The notes: generated from the letters alone by a model not told the origin. Counted from the whole stretch's first letter, positions 37,256 through 51,290 are shown. The stretch is 63,325 bases of DNA, filler included, from Octopus bimaculoides (GCF_001194135.2; 5 parts of 5 records of this genome joined end to end with filler, not necessarily neighbours in it); one strand, 5' to 3'. Translations and numbers: made by a program.

Positions 37256-39714
37256 CTATAATCAACGTTGGTAAAATAAACACTTTTGGAACAGTATAAT
37301 ATCAGTGTGTTCATAGTTAAACAGTATAACTGTTATTGATAACACAAATTTAAAATAAATATACAAAGAAAAGTTTCTTTTAACCCATAAAACGCTGGGA
37401 TTTGCACTTACATAGCATGAACTGCTGAGCACATTTTCTGAAAATGAGACTACCATGCACACATAAAAAACAAAAAATAGTTAAAATATCTTCTTAGTAT
37501 ATAATGGTGATTAGTTGAACTATTAGTCCTCTTGCATTCTGGGGGGTATTGGAGCGTTTGAGTGATATTAGACCTCAACAAACATTCATAAATTAAATGC
37601 ATCTATCTGGGCCATGATTGTGGCCTGTTGATCTGTGCCTGTTGACCATGATTGTGGCCTGTCACACTTTATGTGTTAATTTCATTGCATTTGATAAATA
37701 GTTTCATCTTAATGTAAAAATATTTTTATTTTCATTTTAAAATCCAGTATTCATTATTTTTTAAATGCATCATTAAATTTTGATAATTACTGTATGTATG
37801 TAAGCCTTATAGAGTGGTGCTGCAAAATGAATGAACAAGAAGATGCAGATTGCTCGAACTTGGCATTTGGTAGAAGAGACCAATTCCACTGCAAGACCAC
37901 TTTGGACAAGTGTGTCCCCCTGAGCTGACCAATGCCTTATGAGTAAATTTGGTAAATGGAAACTGAAAGAAGCCTATTGTGATGTATGGATGTGAGGCAG
38001 GAATCTGTTTGCTTATACGGCAAGTCAGAGTAGCATGACTCCACAATTTGTAACTTTTAATTGTTTCAACCATTAGACTGCGGCCATGCTGGAGCACCGC
38101 CTTGAAGAATTGTTAGTTGAATGAATCGACCTAGTGCTAATAGTTTTTAAGTGTAGTACTTGTTTTGTTGGGCACTTTTGCTGGACTGCTAAGTAATGAA
38201 GACATATATATATACACACACATATATACATATATATGTGTGTGTGTGTGCATATGTGTATGTATATATACTAGCAATCACAGCAGACAACTTTCTGCCA
38301 ATGCCTGCTGTCTTTTTAGATGACATGTTTGTATTATCTGGAAAAGGAAAATGGGTTTTAGTGTACCAAGTGATTATCAATTCTATTATAAGCTAACAAA
38401 AGCTCCCAAATAATCTGCACATAAAGTAACATCGAATGCTGCATAAAGTTAAATTGATATGGAGCTTTCTGAAAGATACATATAGCTTTCGCTAGTGGAA
38501 GCAAAACTCTTATTCAAAAGTTGATTCTTTGGGACGAATTATATGTGATTGTTTAAAAAAGGCTAAAATGACAATGTTAAAACGTATTTGAAACAATGGA
38601 CAACAGTCAAAATACCATAATGGGTGGGTAAATAGGCACCCTTAAAGTGAAACAATGCATTGGTAGGTAAACAAAGGTATCAACAAATAGAAGAGAGGGA
38701 AGGGAACATCACCTTTCAAAGTGAGGAAAATTCTAACTGGGTTTCACCGGCAAGGTCATGTGCTGTTTATCTTAATATGAGAAGACCATGTCACGCACAT
38801 ATGGTTGTGATGCATGTGCCTGGTGTACCTTTATCAGACGGGTAGTCATGATGGGTATATTGGGCTTCATATATTTGTACCCCAGTGTCAAGCAAAGTTG
38901 ATAATAATGATATTCTCACCAGAATTCCTGAACTTGAGGTCACATTGGTCAGATGAATTTGGTCCACTTCCAGTTCTTGCAGCCAGCTGAAGATATGCCA
39001 AATCTGAGAAGTTCTGCTGATTGAGGAGTTCAAAGTCAGAATCTTTAAAAAAAAGTTGAAAAAGTACAAAAAACAATAACATATGTATAGAATTTTTAGT
39101 AAAAACAAAGTTTTAAATCGTGTAGAAATAAAGTGTGAGGATGTCCTGTATAATTGGTTGTTGGTTAAATGAATGTGGCCTAATAAGCTAGAAATCAAGA
39201 GGGAAAAAAACAATAAAATAGCCAAAAAAATATATTATTAGCAAAAGAAGATGCAAAATAAAATAAAAGAAATAAAAAATTCTGGTGCCATCAAATGGTA
39301 AAGAAATCCTGCAATGTCTTATTTGTGGCTTACAAAATCCTGTTATAGCATGTATAGATTATAGACTATGCCATTGCTATTTCCTTCAATTGAGTTCTTT
39401 ATATTTAAATCTTATTTTTGCTTTTCTTGCTTCCTTGCCCCAGTTTTTTATACATAAAATGAATACAGGGGATAAAAAATAGATAGAGGGAGTGATTTGT
39501 TTGACTAAACCTTTCAGAGTGGTGCCCCAGCACAGCCACAGTCTAATGGCTGAAACAAGTAGAAATTAAGAATATAACTATTAATTAATTAATTAGAGAT
39601 ATGTCATAAAAAAAAACAAAGGGAGAGAAATCCAATCAAATCAGAGAAATTTCTCTTTGGGAATCTTGATAAACCTAAAGAGACAGAGACACATTTAATA
39701 TCTGCAACTTTTAA

Positions 39715-41200
39715 GTGGTTAAACTGGCCATATCCGGTCTAGATATTCCTGTTTGTTTTATGTTCAAACTGACCAGATCTGGCCTCTAACACCTACTCTA
39801 CAATGTCATTCTAAAAATATACAATCACATCATAGAGGTAATGCTTAATTAATTCAAAACAATGTGGATAAATAAGTTTTACATTTGACAGAGTAATCTG
39901 AATGCTTAAAGGATTAAACAGGCCTTATCCAGCCTAAATATTTTCTATTTCTTTTTTGTCAAACTGGAGAGATCTGGCCTCTAATACCTACTCTATAATG
40001 TCATTCTAAAACTAAACAATCACATTGAAATCTTGAAGTTACAAGATAAAGCAAGATTAATCCAAAATAATATCAATGAATAAGGATTACATATGACAGA
40101 GTAATCAGAATGCTAAGGGGTTAAGTAAATCTGGTATCTTTTACATGAGCATGTTCTTGTAGTTTCATATCTTCATTAACTCTTATGGGTTTAAACCAGC
40201 CGTTTCTGATTTAAATATTCTTGTTTTACGAGGGTGAGTCAAAAAGTAATGCCATTTTGTTTAGGACAGGTATAATTACCAATACAGGAACATGTATCAT
40301 ACATCAAAATGAAGCTGGCCCTCTGTGGATCACATCCCAACTTCTCAACATAGTCACTGTTTCTCTCAATAGCAATGTTCCACCTTCAAATGAGAGCATC
40401 TATCCCTGCCCCGTAAAATTCTGTTGACTCTTCTTTGAGCCACTTCTTCACTACAGTTTTCACTTCCTTGTCACTGGAATAATGTTTGTTTCTCAAACCC
40501 TCTTTCATGGGGCCAAAGATATGATAGTGTGAAGGTGCTAAATTATTCCAGTGACAAGGAAGTGAAAACTGTAGTGAAGAAGTGGCTCAAAGAACAGTCA
40601 ACAGAATTTTACGCGGCAGGGGTAATGCTCTCATTCGAAGGTGGAACATTGCTATTGAGAGAAACGGTGAGAATGTTGAGAAGTTGGGATGTGATCCACA
40701 GAGAACCAGCTTCATTTTGATGTATGATACATGTTCCTGTATTGGTAATTATACCTGTCCTAAACAAAATGGCATTACTTTTTGACTCACCTTCATATAC
40801 TCAAACTGGTCAGATCCAGCTTGTTGCACCTATCCTACAATATCATTCAAAAACAAGAATCACATAACTGAAATCTTGAAGCTGTGAGATAATCTATGAT
40901 TAACTCAAAACAATGGGAATAAATAAGGATTATATTTGACAGAGTAATCTGAGTTCAAAAGGGTAAAATGTCTAAATCTCTAGGATGATCTCTTACTAAC
41001 AAGATGAAACCCTTCAATATTGAAACTGGCCATATCCAACTCAAATATTTTACCTCTTCTATGTTCAAACTGGCCAGATCTGTACTCTCACGCCTATCCT
41101 ACAATGTCATTCCAAAAATAAGCAATCAGATTGAAATCTCAAAGCTATAAGAAGATAATCTATGATTAATTTGAAATGATGGGAATAATGTTACAGGGTT
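39715..41200. mobile_element. Cluster of four decayed copies of a roughly 200-bp MITE (piggyBac-like ends)
   Basis: Repeated aaactggccagatc..ctacaatgtcatt..gacagagtaatc at about 39720, 39960, 40800 and 41065; best end is GCTAAGGGG|TTAA at about 40125. Confidence 0.65.
40229..40795. mobile_element. Palindromic mariner-derived MITE with TA target duplication
   Basis: TA|CGAGGGTGAGTCAAAAAG...CTTTTTGACTCACCTTCA|TA; arms of about 255 bp encode the mariner C-terminus (YSSDKEVKTVVKKWLKEQ, ALIRRWNIAIERNG). Confidence 0.9.
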
Positions 41201-41444
41201 CAAATGTGGTGCCTTATGAATAAGGGATGTTCAACTTTTTGAGAGATCAAATCCCCAATAATGACTTTTCACAATGACGCAAGAAGGCCACAAATTAGGA
41301 GAGGGGTCACATTGATTAAATCAACCAGCATAATTAAGCTCGTTATTTTATTGACCCCAAAGAGAATGAAAAGTTAAGTTGGCCCTTAGAGATATTTGAG
41401 TTCAAAGCATAAAGGGTCATAACTACAATATCTAACTTCCTAAA

Positions 41445-41492
<48 letters not shown>

Positions 41493-41571
41493 TATAATCA
41501 TAATAATGATAATAATTTCGTTTTTGGATTTGGTTTGCAAGATTCTTTATGTGAGTTCGTGTGTTGAAGCA

Positions 41572-41844
41572 TATTCTGTTGTTTCTGGGAGAGTCATTCT
41601 CTTTTTGTGCCTTATAATTTAACACATTCACCGATAAAATTTCCACTTATTTCTTTTTTATTTTCCTAAAAATTTTTGTTTTGTCTTGCAACCTTTTCAA
41701 TAGTTTTGGTTCAAAACTATTGAAAACGTTGCAAGATGCAATGAATATTTTAGAAAAATAAAAAAGAAATAAGTGGAAATTTTACTGGTGTGTTAAATTA
41801 TAAGGCACTAAAAGAGAATGACTCTCCTCAGACACAACAGAATA
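41572..41844. repeat. Fold-back inverted repeat (arms of about 135 bp, 5-nt loop)
   Basis: 41572-41707 pairs with 41713-41844 around GGTTC. Confidence 0.9.
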
Positions 41845-42269
41845 AAAACAATATTTTCTATTAAAGGCACAGGGCTTGAAATCTTGGGGAAGCGTTTCAC
41901 TGGTGCTTAATTTCCCAACCACGAAGGGATGAAAGGCAAAGTCAACCTCAGCAGAATTTGAACTCAGAACATAAAGGCCGACAAAATGCTGCAGAGTATT
42001 TCACTTGGCATGCTAACAAATCTGCCAGTTCGCTGCCTTAAACATAATAATAATAACCCTTTCTACTAGAGGCACNNNNNNNNNNNNNNNNNNNNNNNNN
42101 NNNNNNNNNNNNNNNNNNNTTAATTAATTAANNNNNNNNNNNNNNNNNNNNNNNNNNNNNNNNNNNNNNNNNNNNAGTATCTATCCAGTATACTGCTGGG
42201 AGGGTACCCAATTATTGCTACACTAGTGCTATACTAGGTGCAATCGATGGGAGCGGGTAAAAGTGGGGG

Positions 42270-42485
42270 GTTAGGGTTATGTGTGTGTCTGTGTTTGTCC
42301 CCCAACATCGCTTGACAACCGGTGCTGGTGTGTTTACACCCCCGTAACTTAGCGGTTCGGCAAAAAGAAACCGATAGAATAAGTACTAGACTTACAAAGA
42401 ATAAGTCCTTGGGTCGATTTGCTCGACTAAAGGCGGTGATCCACATGGCCGCAGTCAAATGACTGAAACAAGTAAAAGAGAAAGA
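42270..42485 (+). mobile_element. Composite SINE tail; a second decayed tail lies at about 42525-42705
   Basis: GTCCCCCAACATCGCTTGACAACCGG..ACATGGCCGCAGTCAAATGACTGAAACAAGTAAAAGAG. Confidence 0.8.
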
Positions 42486-43194
42486 GTATGTGTGTTCATG
42501 TATGCATGTGTGCGCGCGTATTATTGTTTGTGTTTGTCCTATCACCGCTTAACCGCTGTTGTGTTTGCGTTTCTGTAACATAGCAGTTCGGCAAAAACGA
42601 CCGATAAAATGTGGTAGGCTTCAAAACGAAGTAGTGGGGTCGATTAAATTATTCTACTCAAAGACGATGCTCCAGCGAGGCCGCAATCTAATGACTGAAA
42701 GACAGAAGACACCGAGATGGGCCTGTTAGTGTTAATGGCAAACTCGTTACTAATTAGTTTGGAGAAGGATTTATGCTTCATATAGTTTGTAATCTAAGTA
42801 CTTTCATCTTGGCTGTGCCCATCCTTTCATTTCGTTTACCTACACGAGGGAGTGACCTCAGAAACTCTTGCTAACGAAACCATCGTCAGTCATACTATAC
42901 TGGATGTGCTTTCATTCGCGAAATACACCTACTCATGGTACCTAATTTCAGATTTTATATCGAAACTCAGTGAAGTCTCATAGATAAGAATCAAAACAGA
43001 CGCTTTAACCAGTATGCTGGCCTTTCATATACACAAGTTCGTTTCCCAGTTGTGGATATTTCACTTATTTGGTCAATATCATAGGTGAAGGAGATGAATG
43101 TCACTACATCAATTTCTCCGCCAATAATGTTTCCCTTATCAGTGGAAAATTCTATTTACGAAAGACCAACCATTGTGTTCATAGATAGGAGATA

Positions 43195-43358
43195 GACGCA
43201 AGCGTGGCTGTGTGGTAAGAAGCTTCCTTCCCAATCACATGGTTCTGGGTTCAGTCCCACTGCATGGTCCCTTGAGCAAGTGTCTTCTATTATAGCCTTA
43301 AGCCGACCAAAGCTTTGTGAGTGGATTTGGTAGATGGAAACTGAAAAAGCCTGTCGTG

Positions 43359-43360
<2 letters not shown>
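43195..43360 (+). mobile_element. Composite SINE head running into (TA)n and a gap
   Basis: Same head consensus. Confidence 0.85.
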
Positions 43361-43389
<29 letters not shown>

Positions 43390-43921
43390 NNNNNNNNNNN
43401 NNNNNNNNNNNNNNNNNNNNNNNNNNNNNNNNNNNNNNNNNNNNNNNNNNNNNNNNNNNNNNNNNNNNNNNNNNNNNNNNNNNNNNNNNNNNNNNNNNNN
43501 NNNNNNNNNNNNNNNNNNNNNNNNNNNNNNNNNNNNNNNNNNNNNNNNNNNNNNNNNNNNNNNNNNNNNNNNNNNNNNNNNNNNNNNNNNNNNNNNNNNN
43601 NNNNNNNNNNNNNNNNNNNNNNNNNNNNNNNNNNNNNNNNNNNNNNNNNNNNNNNNNNNNNNNNNNNNNNNNNNNNNNNNNNNNNNNNNNNNNNNNNNNN
43701 NNNNNNNNNNNNNNNNNNNNNNNNNNNNNNNNNNNNNNNNNNNNNNNNNNNNNNNNNNNNNNNNNNNNNNNNNNNNNNNNNNNNNNNNNNNNNNNNNNNN
43801 NNNNNNNNNNNNNNNNNNNNNNNNNNNNNNNNNNNNNNNNNNNNNNNNNNNNNNNNNNNNNNNNNNNNNNNNNNNNNNNNNNNNNNNNNNNNNNNNNNNN
43901 NNNNNNNNNNNNNNNNNNNNN

Positions 43922-44311
43922 CATGCATACCAGCCTCCTCTCTCCACACCATTATATGTACATAGGGTAAAGGGCAAAGACCCCCTTCGGTCATGAATGA
44001 CCGTAGGACTGCCCCTAGAAAGTTACCCTCCGAGGCACAAGTCCGAGCAAGGTTGTTTGTGGAAGGCCAGCAGTCACCCATGCAGACCAGCCTCCCCTCT
44101 CCACACCACTGATGTTATCCAAGGGAAAGCAAAGGGGCCGATACAGCTTGGCACCAGTGATGTCGCAACTCATTTCTACAGCTGAGTTAACTGGAGCAAC
44201 GTGAAATAAAGTGTCTTGCTCAAGAACACAACAGGCGGTCAGGTCCAGGATTCGAACTCACTACCTAGTGATTGAGAGCCTGACGCTCTAACCACTGAAT
44301 CCTGTGCCTTC
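43922..44311 (-). mobile_element. tRNA-derived CORE-like SINE with a partly duplicated 3' block
   Basis: Head GTGAAGGCACAGGATTCAGTGGTTAG..GAGTTCGAATCC, core TTGAGCAAGACACTTT..GCTCCAGTTAACTCAGCTG; catgca(t/g)accagcctc block occurs at 43922 and about 44079. Confidence 0.8.
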
Positions 44312-45436
44312 ACATATTACGAAGTATATATTAAACGTTTTTATAAGTCAATACTGTGTTCATAACGAAATCAGTGCTGGCTATAATTTCGAAAGGAGGG
44401 AGGGGGCCCAGTCGATTAGATCGACTCGGCGGAATTTGAACTCAGAACGTAGACAGACGAAATACAAATTTCTTTATTGCCCACAGGGGGCTAAACATAG
44501 AATGGTACAAAACAACTGATTGGGATCAGTAATGCGAATGGTTTACATAAAATATGATTTTAAAAATTATATAAAATATAAAAAATCGAACGATATTAAC
44601 AGAACGTTNNNNNNNNNNNNNNNNNNNNNNNNNNNNNNNNNNNNNNNNNNNNNNNNNNNNNNNNNNNNNNNNNNNNNNNNNNNNNNNNNNNNNNNNNNNN
44701 NNNNNNNNNNNNNNNNNNNNNNNNNNNNNNNNNNNNNNNNNNNNNNNNNNNNNNNNNNNNNNNNNNNNNNNNNNNNNNNNNNNNNNNNNNNNNNNNNNNN
44801 NNNNNNNNNNNNNNNNNNNNNNNNNNNNNNNNNNNNNNNNNNNNNNNNNNNNNNNNNNNNNNNNNNNNNNNNNNNNNNNNNNNNNNNNNNNNNNNNNNNN
44901 NNNNNNNNNNNNNNNNNNNNNNNNNNNNNNNNNNNNNNNNNNNNNNNNNNNNNNNNNNNNNNNNNNNNNNNNNNNNNNNNNNNNNNNNNNNNNNNNNNNN
45001 NNNNNNNNNNNNNNNNNNNNNNNNNNNNNNNNNNNNNNNNNNNNNNNNNNNNNNNNNNNNNNNNNNNNNNNNNNNNNNNNNNNNNNNNNNNNNNNNNNNN
45101 NNNNNNNNNNNNNNNNNNNNNNNNNNNNNNNNNNNNNNNNNNNNNNNNNNNNNNNNNNNNNNNNNNNNNNNNNNNNNNNNNNNNNNNNNNNNNNNNNNNN
45201 NNNNNNNNNNNNNNNNNNNNNNNNNNNNNNNNNNNNNNNNNNNNNNNNNNNNNNNNNNNNNNNNNNNNNNNNNNNNNNNNNNNNNNNNNNNNNNNNNNNN
45301 NNNNNNNNNNNNNNNNNNNNNNNNNNNNNNNNNNNNNNNNNNNNNNNNNNNNNNNNNNNNNNNNNNNNNNNNNNNNNNNNNNNNNNNNNNNNNNNNNNNN
45401 NNNNNNNNNNNNNNNNNNNNNNNNNNNNNNNNNNNN

Positions 45437-45506
<70 letters not shown>

Positions 45507-45596
45507 AATATACATGTATGTATTAAAGTATATAAGTACATATATATATATGCATGTGTATATGTATATATACATATGTGTATCTATCTATCTATC

Positions 45597-45629
<33 letters not shown>

Positions 45630-45635
45630 GCATTC

Positions 45636-45675
<40 letters not shown>

Positions 45676-45730
45676 NNNNNNNNNNNNNNNNNNNNNNNNN
45701 NNNNNNNNNNNNNNNNNNNNNNNNNNNNNN

Positions 45731-45772
<42 letters not shown>

Positions 45773-45894
45773 TCATGCATATACATATATATATACATAA
45801 ATACATATATATACATAAATATATATACATATATATACATAAATATATATACATATATATACATACACACACATACATGTATATATATATAAAA

Positions 45895-45933
<39 letters not shown>

Positions 45934-47026
45934 AACACACACATATATATATCATCATTATTATCGTTATAGATGTTATATAACTGATGGTGCTATTACA
46001 ACCATTACATTGAGTTTAGCGTTTGCAAGACGATCATCATCAATCATTGTCTCAAAGAAGAAACATTTCTTTTAAAAGATGGTAACTGAGCTATTCCTGA
46101 CATTTGAACTCTGCGGATGTGTTCGCTGCATATATTTGAAACCGGCTTCATTTTTCACTTAGCTGCTATAATTTACCATATTTTATATTCATAGTGAAAG
46201 TTGGAGGTAATCTCGGTGTTTTTGTTTTTCCGTCTCAATATATTGGATATTTATAGAATAATGATGTATGTCTCAATAATATAGCGTTGATGTTTTTGCA
46301 TCCTTAATGTCGGGTATAGTTTGTTTTATACGTTGTAATTAGATATTAAAAAAAATTCGGCCTCAACCTTCGGGCTGAAGCGTGTAAAAGAATAAATGAG
46401 TAAATGAATAGCTCTTTCAGTCTCTCTATATATCACTCAACAAAATTGTGCGTTCGTTTTTGCTCAGCCATTAACGTAGGCGGTCTTGAATTTGGCTTCG
46501 TAAAAACTGATATATAATTCCATACTGGTAGCGCAAAAACTTATATCTTTCCATCTGCGTTGTACAAAGCTGTGGGCATTCGTTGAAGAATAGTGATACA
46601 CATACATATATTGATGACAAGGTATCATTTTCCGAATCCCAGAGCTTTGTTGAGCACAAATTTAGAATTTGATAACTGGAAGAATACGTTTTATTGCGCT
46701 GCACAACAGGAAAAACAAAATCGGCGTTAGCAAGAATTAAAGAATACGTTTTTATTGTTTGTTAGGTGTTTGTTATATTAAAGTGTTAGAAATAGAGCAG
46801 GTCAAAACAAAACGAACACATCCACTCACAAACGCGCATGCTCACACACACAAACGTTTACACACGTAAACTCTCTCTCTCTCTCTCTCACACACACACA
46901 GTGCATACCACGCATGCACGCTTACAGACATAGAAAAGATAAATTATATTCGTCTGTCGGAGCGATGAGACCCATGGAGCCATCCTTAAGGATGGCTGAT
47001 GCCTAGCCCCGTGACTTTATTTAAAG

Positions 47027-47600
47027 CAGGGGTCCTCAACTGTGGTCCATATGGCCTCTAAGGGTCCGTATAAGATTTTTGTAGAGATTCACACAACAAA
47101 ATAGTAAAATGGGCATCTACAATGGTATTTTAAGGACCCCTGAACAAATTTTGTTTTAGATATATGTATTGGTTATGTATTGCAAGAAACAGCTGGGTTT
47201 CTTTCTATAACATTTTACAACCTATACAAGTTAATGTGTGGAAAAAGAAATAGGAATTTTCAAAGAAGTTTTTATGAAACTAGTTTTGAAACATCGGATA
47301 GCTTGTGGTTGGGGGCACTAGGGTGAAATAGTAATCAAAGGGGTCTATAGGTAAAAAATGGTTGAGACCCCTGCTTTTAGATGTATGTATTGGTTATATA
47401 TTGCAATAAGCAGTTAGGTTTCTTTCTCTAACATTTTACATTGTTCGACCTACACAAGTTTATGAGTGGAAAACAAAATAGAAATTTTCAAAGAAGTTTC
47501 TATGAAACTAGTTTTTAAACATTGAATGGCTTATAGGGGTCCACCAGAATAAAACAGGAATCAAAGGGGTCCACAGATGGAAAATGTTTGAGAACCCCTG
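47027..47600. mobile_element. hAT-type MITE with duplicated 3' half
   Basis: TIR CAGGGGTCCTCAAC with right ends at 47373 and 47600; 8-bp TSD atttaaag / gtttaaag (7/8 match). Confidence 0.8.
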
Positions 47601-48072
47601 GTTTAAAGTAAGGAAGAGACAAGGGTTGCTCACCGTCAACCTCACTCACTCCTTTGTGACCATCTTCAATCTAGGCGCAAGACCTTGTCAGTGTGATTGG
47701 GGGATGGATTCTTCTTCTTCTTATTTCGTCTTGCTCTCTGCACTCCACAATGCGTTTCTGCTGCTGAGTTCCTCTGTTGAACCAAGTCGGTTTCTTTCGC
47801 AGAATCCGTCGGGTCTAGTCTTTACATGCATCAGTAAACAAATCTTATCCTTATTAACTCATAACTGGGACCCTAACAAGTGCTACTACTCTGGGTCAGA
47901 GTGGGTCTGGGAACAATAGTCGCTTAGAGGTGGTTTCAGACTTCTCGAAACCACGAAACTCCCGAACCATGGGCCGAGGCACAACGGGATACAATAGTCA
48001 TACTGAATTTAAAGATACATGTACACATACACACGCTAACATACGCACGCACGCATCTATTAACGCGCATAG

Positions 48073-48128
<56 letters not shown>

Positions 48129-48130
<2 letters not shown>

Positions 48131-48353
48131 CTGGCAGAATCGTTAGCACGCCGGGCGAAATGCTTAGCGGTATTTCGTCTGCCCGCTACGTTCTGAGTTC
48201 AAATTCCGCCGAGGTCGACTTTGCCTTTCATCCTTTCGGGGTCGATTAAATAAGTACCAGTTACGCACTGGGGTCGATATAATCGATTTAATCCGTTTGT
48301 CTGTCCTTGTTTGTCCCCTCTGTGTGTAGCCCCTTGTGGGTAGTAAAGAAATA
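48129..48353 (+). mobile_element. Second tRNA-derived SINE family; minus-strand copies at about 4498-4713, 10157-10270, 41865-42035 and 44400-44500
   Basis: AGCTGGCAGAATCGTTAGC..GAGTTCAAATTCCGCCGAGGTCGACTTTGCCTTTCATCCTTTCGGGGTCGAT..; the same block is seen reversed at the listed sites. Confidence 0.85.
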
Positions 48354-48997
48354 ACATACACACACACAAACTGATGGCCATACTTACACTCCCATGCATT
48401 CTTTTCCGACAAGCAGAAATCTCCAGCGTTGAAGCTATAATATAACTTTAATAGACTCCTTGGCTGGCCAACTGGCTGGTTGGTTGGTTGGGATGCTGGT
48501 GGTTTGGTGTTGTTTGGTTGACTGAAAGAGTAGGTTAGATGGCTGGTTTGTACTCCGTTCTCTGACTAAAATGGGGTTGGTGGTGACGAGGTTAAATTGT
48601 CGTCGCTGTATGGTCGAGCAGGTATCTGTCTTGGCTTGTTTCCGTGAGAATCTGGTGAAACAATAAGAGGGGAAATGAAAATATTTCTGTGCTTGGTTGG
48701 ATGAGAAATTTTAATTCGATCTTTACACCTGAAAGACTTACGGATACATATGTTAGGGTGCACGCGTATGTATGTATGTATGTATGTATGTATGTACACA
48801 CGCACGCACGCATGTTTATATGTTTATACATTTGTATGTATATATGTGCATATATGTATATATGTGCATATATGTATATTTGTATGCATATTCTTTNNNN
48901 NNNNNNNNNNNNNNNNNNNNNNNNNNNNNNNNNNNNNNNNTTAATTAATTAANNNNNNNNNNNNNNNNNNNNNNNNNNNNNNNNNNNNNNNNNNNNC

Positions 48998-49046
<49 letters not shown>

Positions 49047-49066
49047 CATTATTATTATTATCATCA

Positions 49067-49143
<77 letters not shown>

Positions 49144-49988
49144 CAAAAGTAATCAAAGGACATACTAAGTATATCTACCTGCTGGAAATAACAGTCAAAA
49201 CTATTATTTAAATCTCCAAAATACACTGATAATTACTCCAGAAATTAATCGTCCAAAGGCAAACGGGTTAAGACAATCTCTCAGTATAGTTCACTTATTT
49301 AGACTCACTTAGACTGGTTTCTAAACTGGCATAATAGCCTCACCTTCCTCAGTACATGTTACCATGATAGGGAGTCCCAACACGTCATGTTGAAGTCTGT
49401 GCTGCAACTGATTCGTTTTGCGCCGAATCATGGCAGCTACCAGCGTGGAAATAATTTCAATACGGAGCAAATAATGCACGAGAAAAAATAATTCACGGGA
49501 ATATAATTTGTGAAGATATCACTGACTCTGTTATTATCTAGTGTAACAATTTAAAAATGATAATAACTGAATCAATAATATAGGCAATTGCAGGTCCCCC
49601 CACAAAAAAGTATTAAACAACCGAAGGATTAAAATTAATCAAAGTACATACTAAGTATGTCTACCGGCTGGAAATAACAGTCAAAAGTCTCATTTAATCC
49701 CCAAAATACATTGCTGATAACTACATAAATCAACCGTTAAGAAGGAAGAGGAAAACAGAAAAAAGGCATTTAGACATTACACAAAACTGTCTCGTAGTTT
49801 AAGATTTTAAAAACTCACTTTATTTAGATGAAAATACTTTTGGGAAACTGTTATGAAAATATTCTAAATTGGAATTTTAAAGAATTTTTTAAACACTGGA
49901 CCCTACAATAACTATTTTCTGATAGTAAAAGTTACATAATTCCAATTAACAAATAAGAAGCCATCTCTATTATATTATTGATATCGTA

Positions 49989-50062
49989 TTTTTTTTTTAC
50001 CATATACTCATACTTTTTTTACCATATACTCATACTTTTTTTTTACCATATACTCATACTTT
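49989..50062 (+). repeat. 3x tandem repeat T(n)ACCATATACTCATAC
   Basis: Read directly; poly-T length varies between units. Confidence 0.9.
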
Positions 50063-50846
50063 CTTTCTCAATATTTCTTTCCCGTCTGAATTTCTCTTCA
50101 TAAAATTTTCTCAGTTGCGACTTTTGTCTTCCCTCTATATTGTGATTTACGCCTTACCAGAACAGCTTTATAATTAGAACATTACATAAAGACATTTATG
50201 TGCGTATTAAATGTATGCTATATTGACAACTAATACATTGTATAACTTTTAATTATTTAGCTAAGATCAGAAACTAATCTGGAAATACATGTGTTCTAAT
50301 ATATATATAGCAATTACACAGATGGTCCCTTATGCTGGTGCATTCTTTAATACCATCTTCAGCTTATTTACTTTGAAACACCATCTTCTTTTGACGGCAC
50401 GAGTATAATACTACCACAATAATTTTAAAAAAATTGTTTCTTCCATTTTTCAGAATTTCGTATTTCGTCGATAATTCGTAAAGAATTCAAATTTGAATGA
50501 CACTAATTCATTATCGTATTCATTAATGAATAACTATCAAATACTACTCAGGTATAGAATTGAGTTCTCTGTTTAACTTGTGGTCAATTTCTTCTGTACG
50601 TATGAAAATTTTGCAAAGGGGAAAAGTGTATGTATGAGGATATGTGTGTATATGTATATATATGTATATATATATATGTACATATATATATATATGTATA
50701 TGTATATGTATATTATATATATATATATATANNNNNNNNNNNNNNNNNNNNNNNNNNNNNNNNNNNNNNNNNNNNNNNNNNNNNNNNNNNNNNNNNNNNN
50801 NNNNNNNNNNNNNNNNNNAGAGAGAGAGAGAGAGAGAGAGAGATAA

Positions 50847-50880
<34 letters not shown>

Positions 50881-50889
50881 CCACCCACC

Positions 50890-50930
<41 letters not shown>

Positions 50931-51259
50931 TTATCTTTATATACTTATAAGCACATGCACACATTCGTATTCCCCATAGAGTATGAATAAATCCATTAAT
51001 ATAATTCTCAGAATTATCCGATAACTAAGTCACAAGCTGCCATACACGCACACTCACAGGCACACATAAACACACAGGCGACACACAGGCACACACACAC
51101 ACGCACACACACACGCACCCACAAATGTATATGTTGTACGTATGTATGTCTGTGTAAATAGAGATGACGGAGAGTAAACAGTAGTGAAACAGACAACCAT
51201 GCATACATGCATACATATATACATACACGCATACATGCATACATACATACATACATACA

Positions 51260-51290
<31 letters not shown>

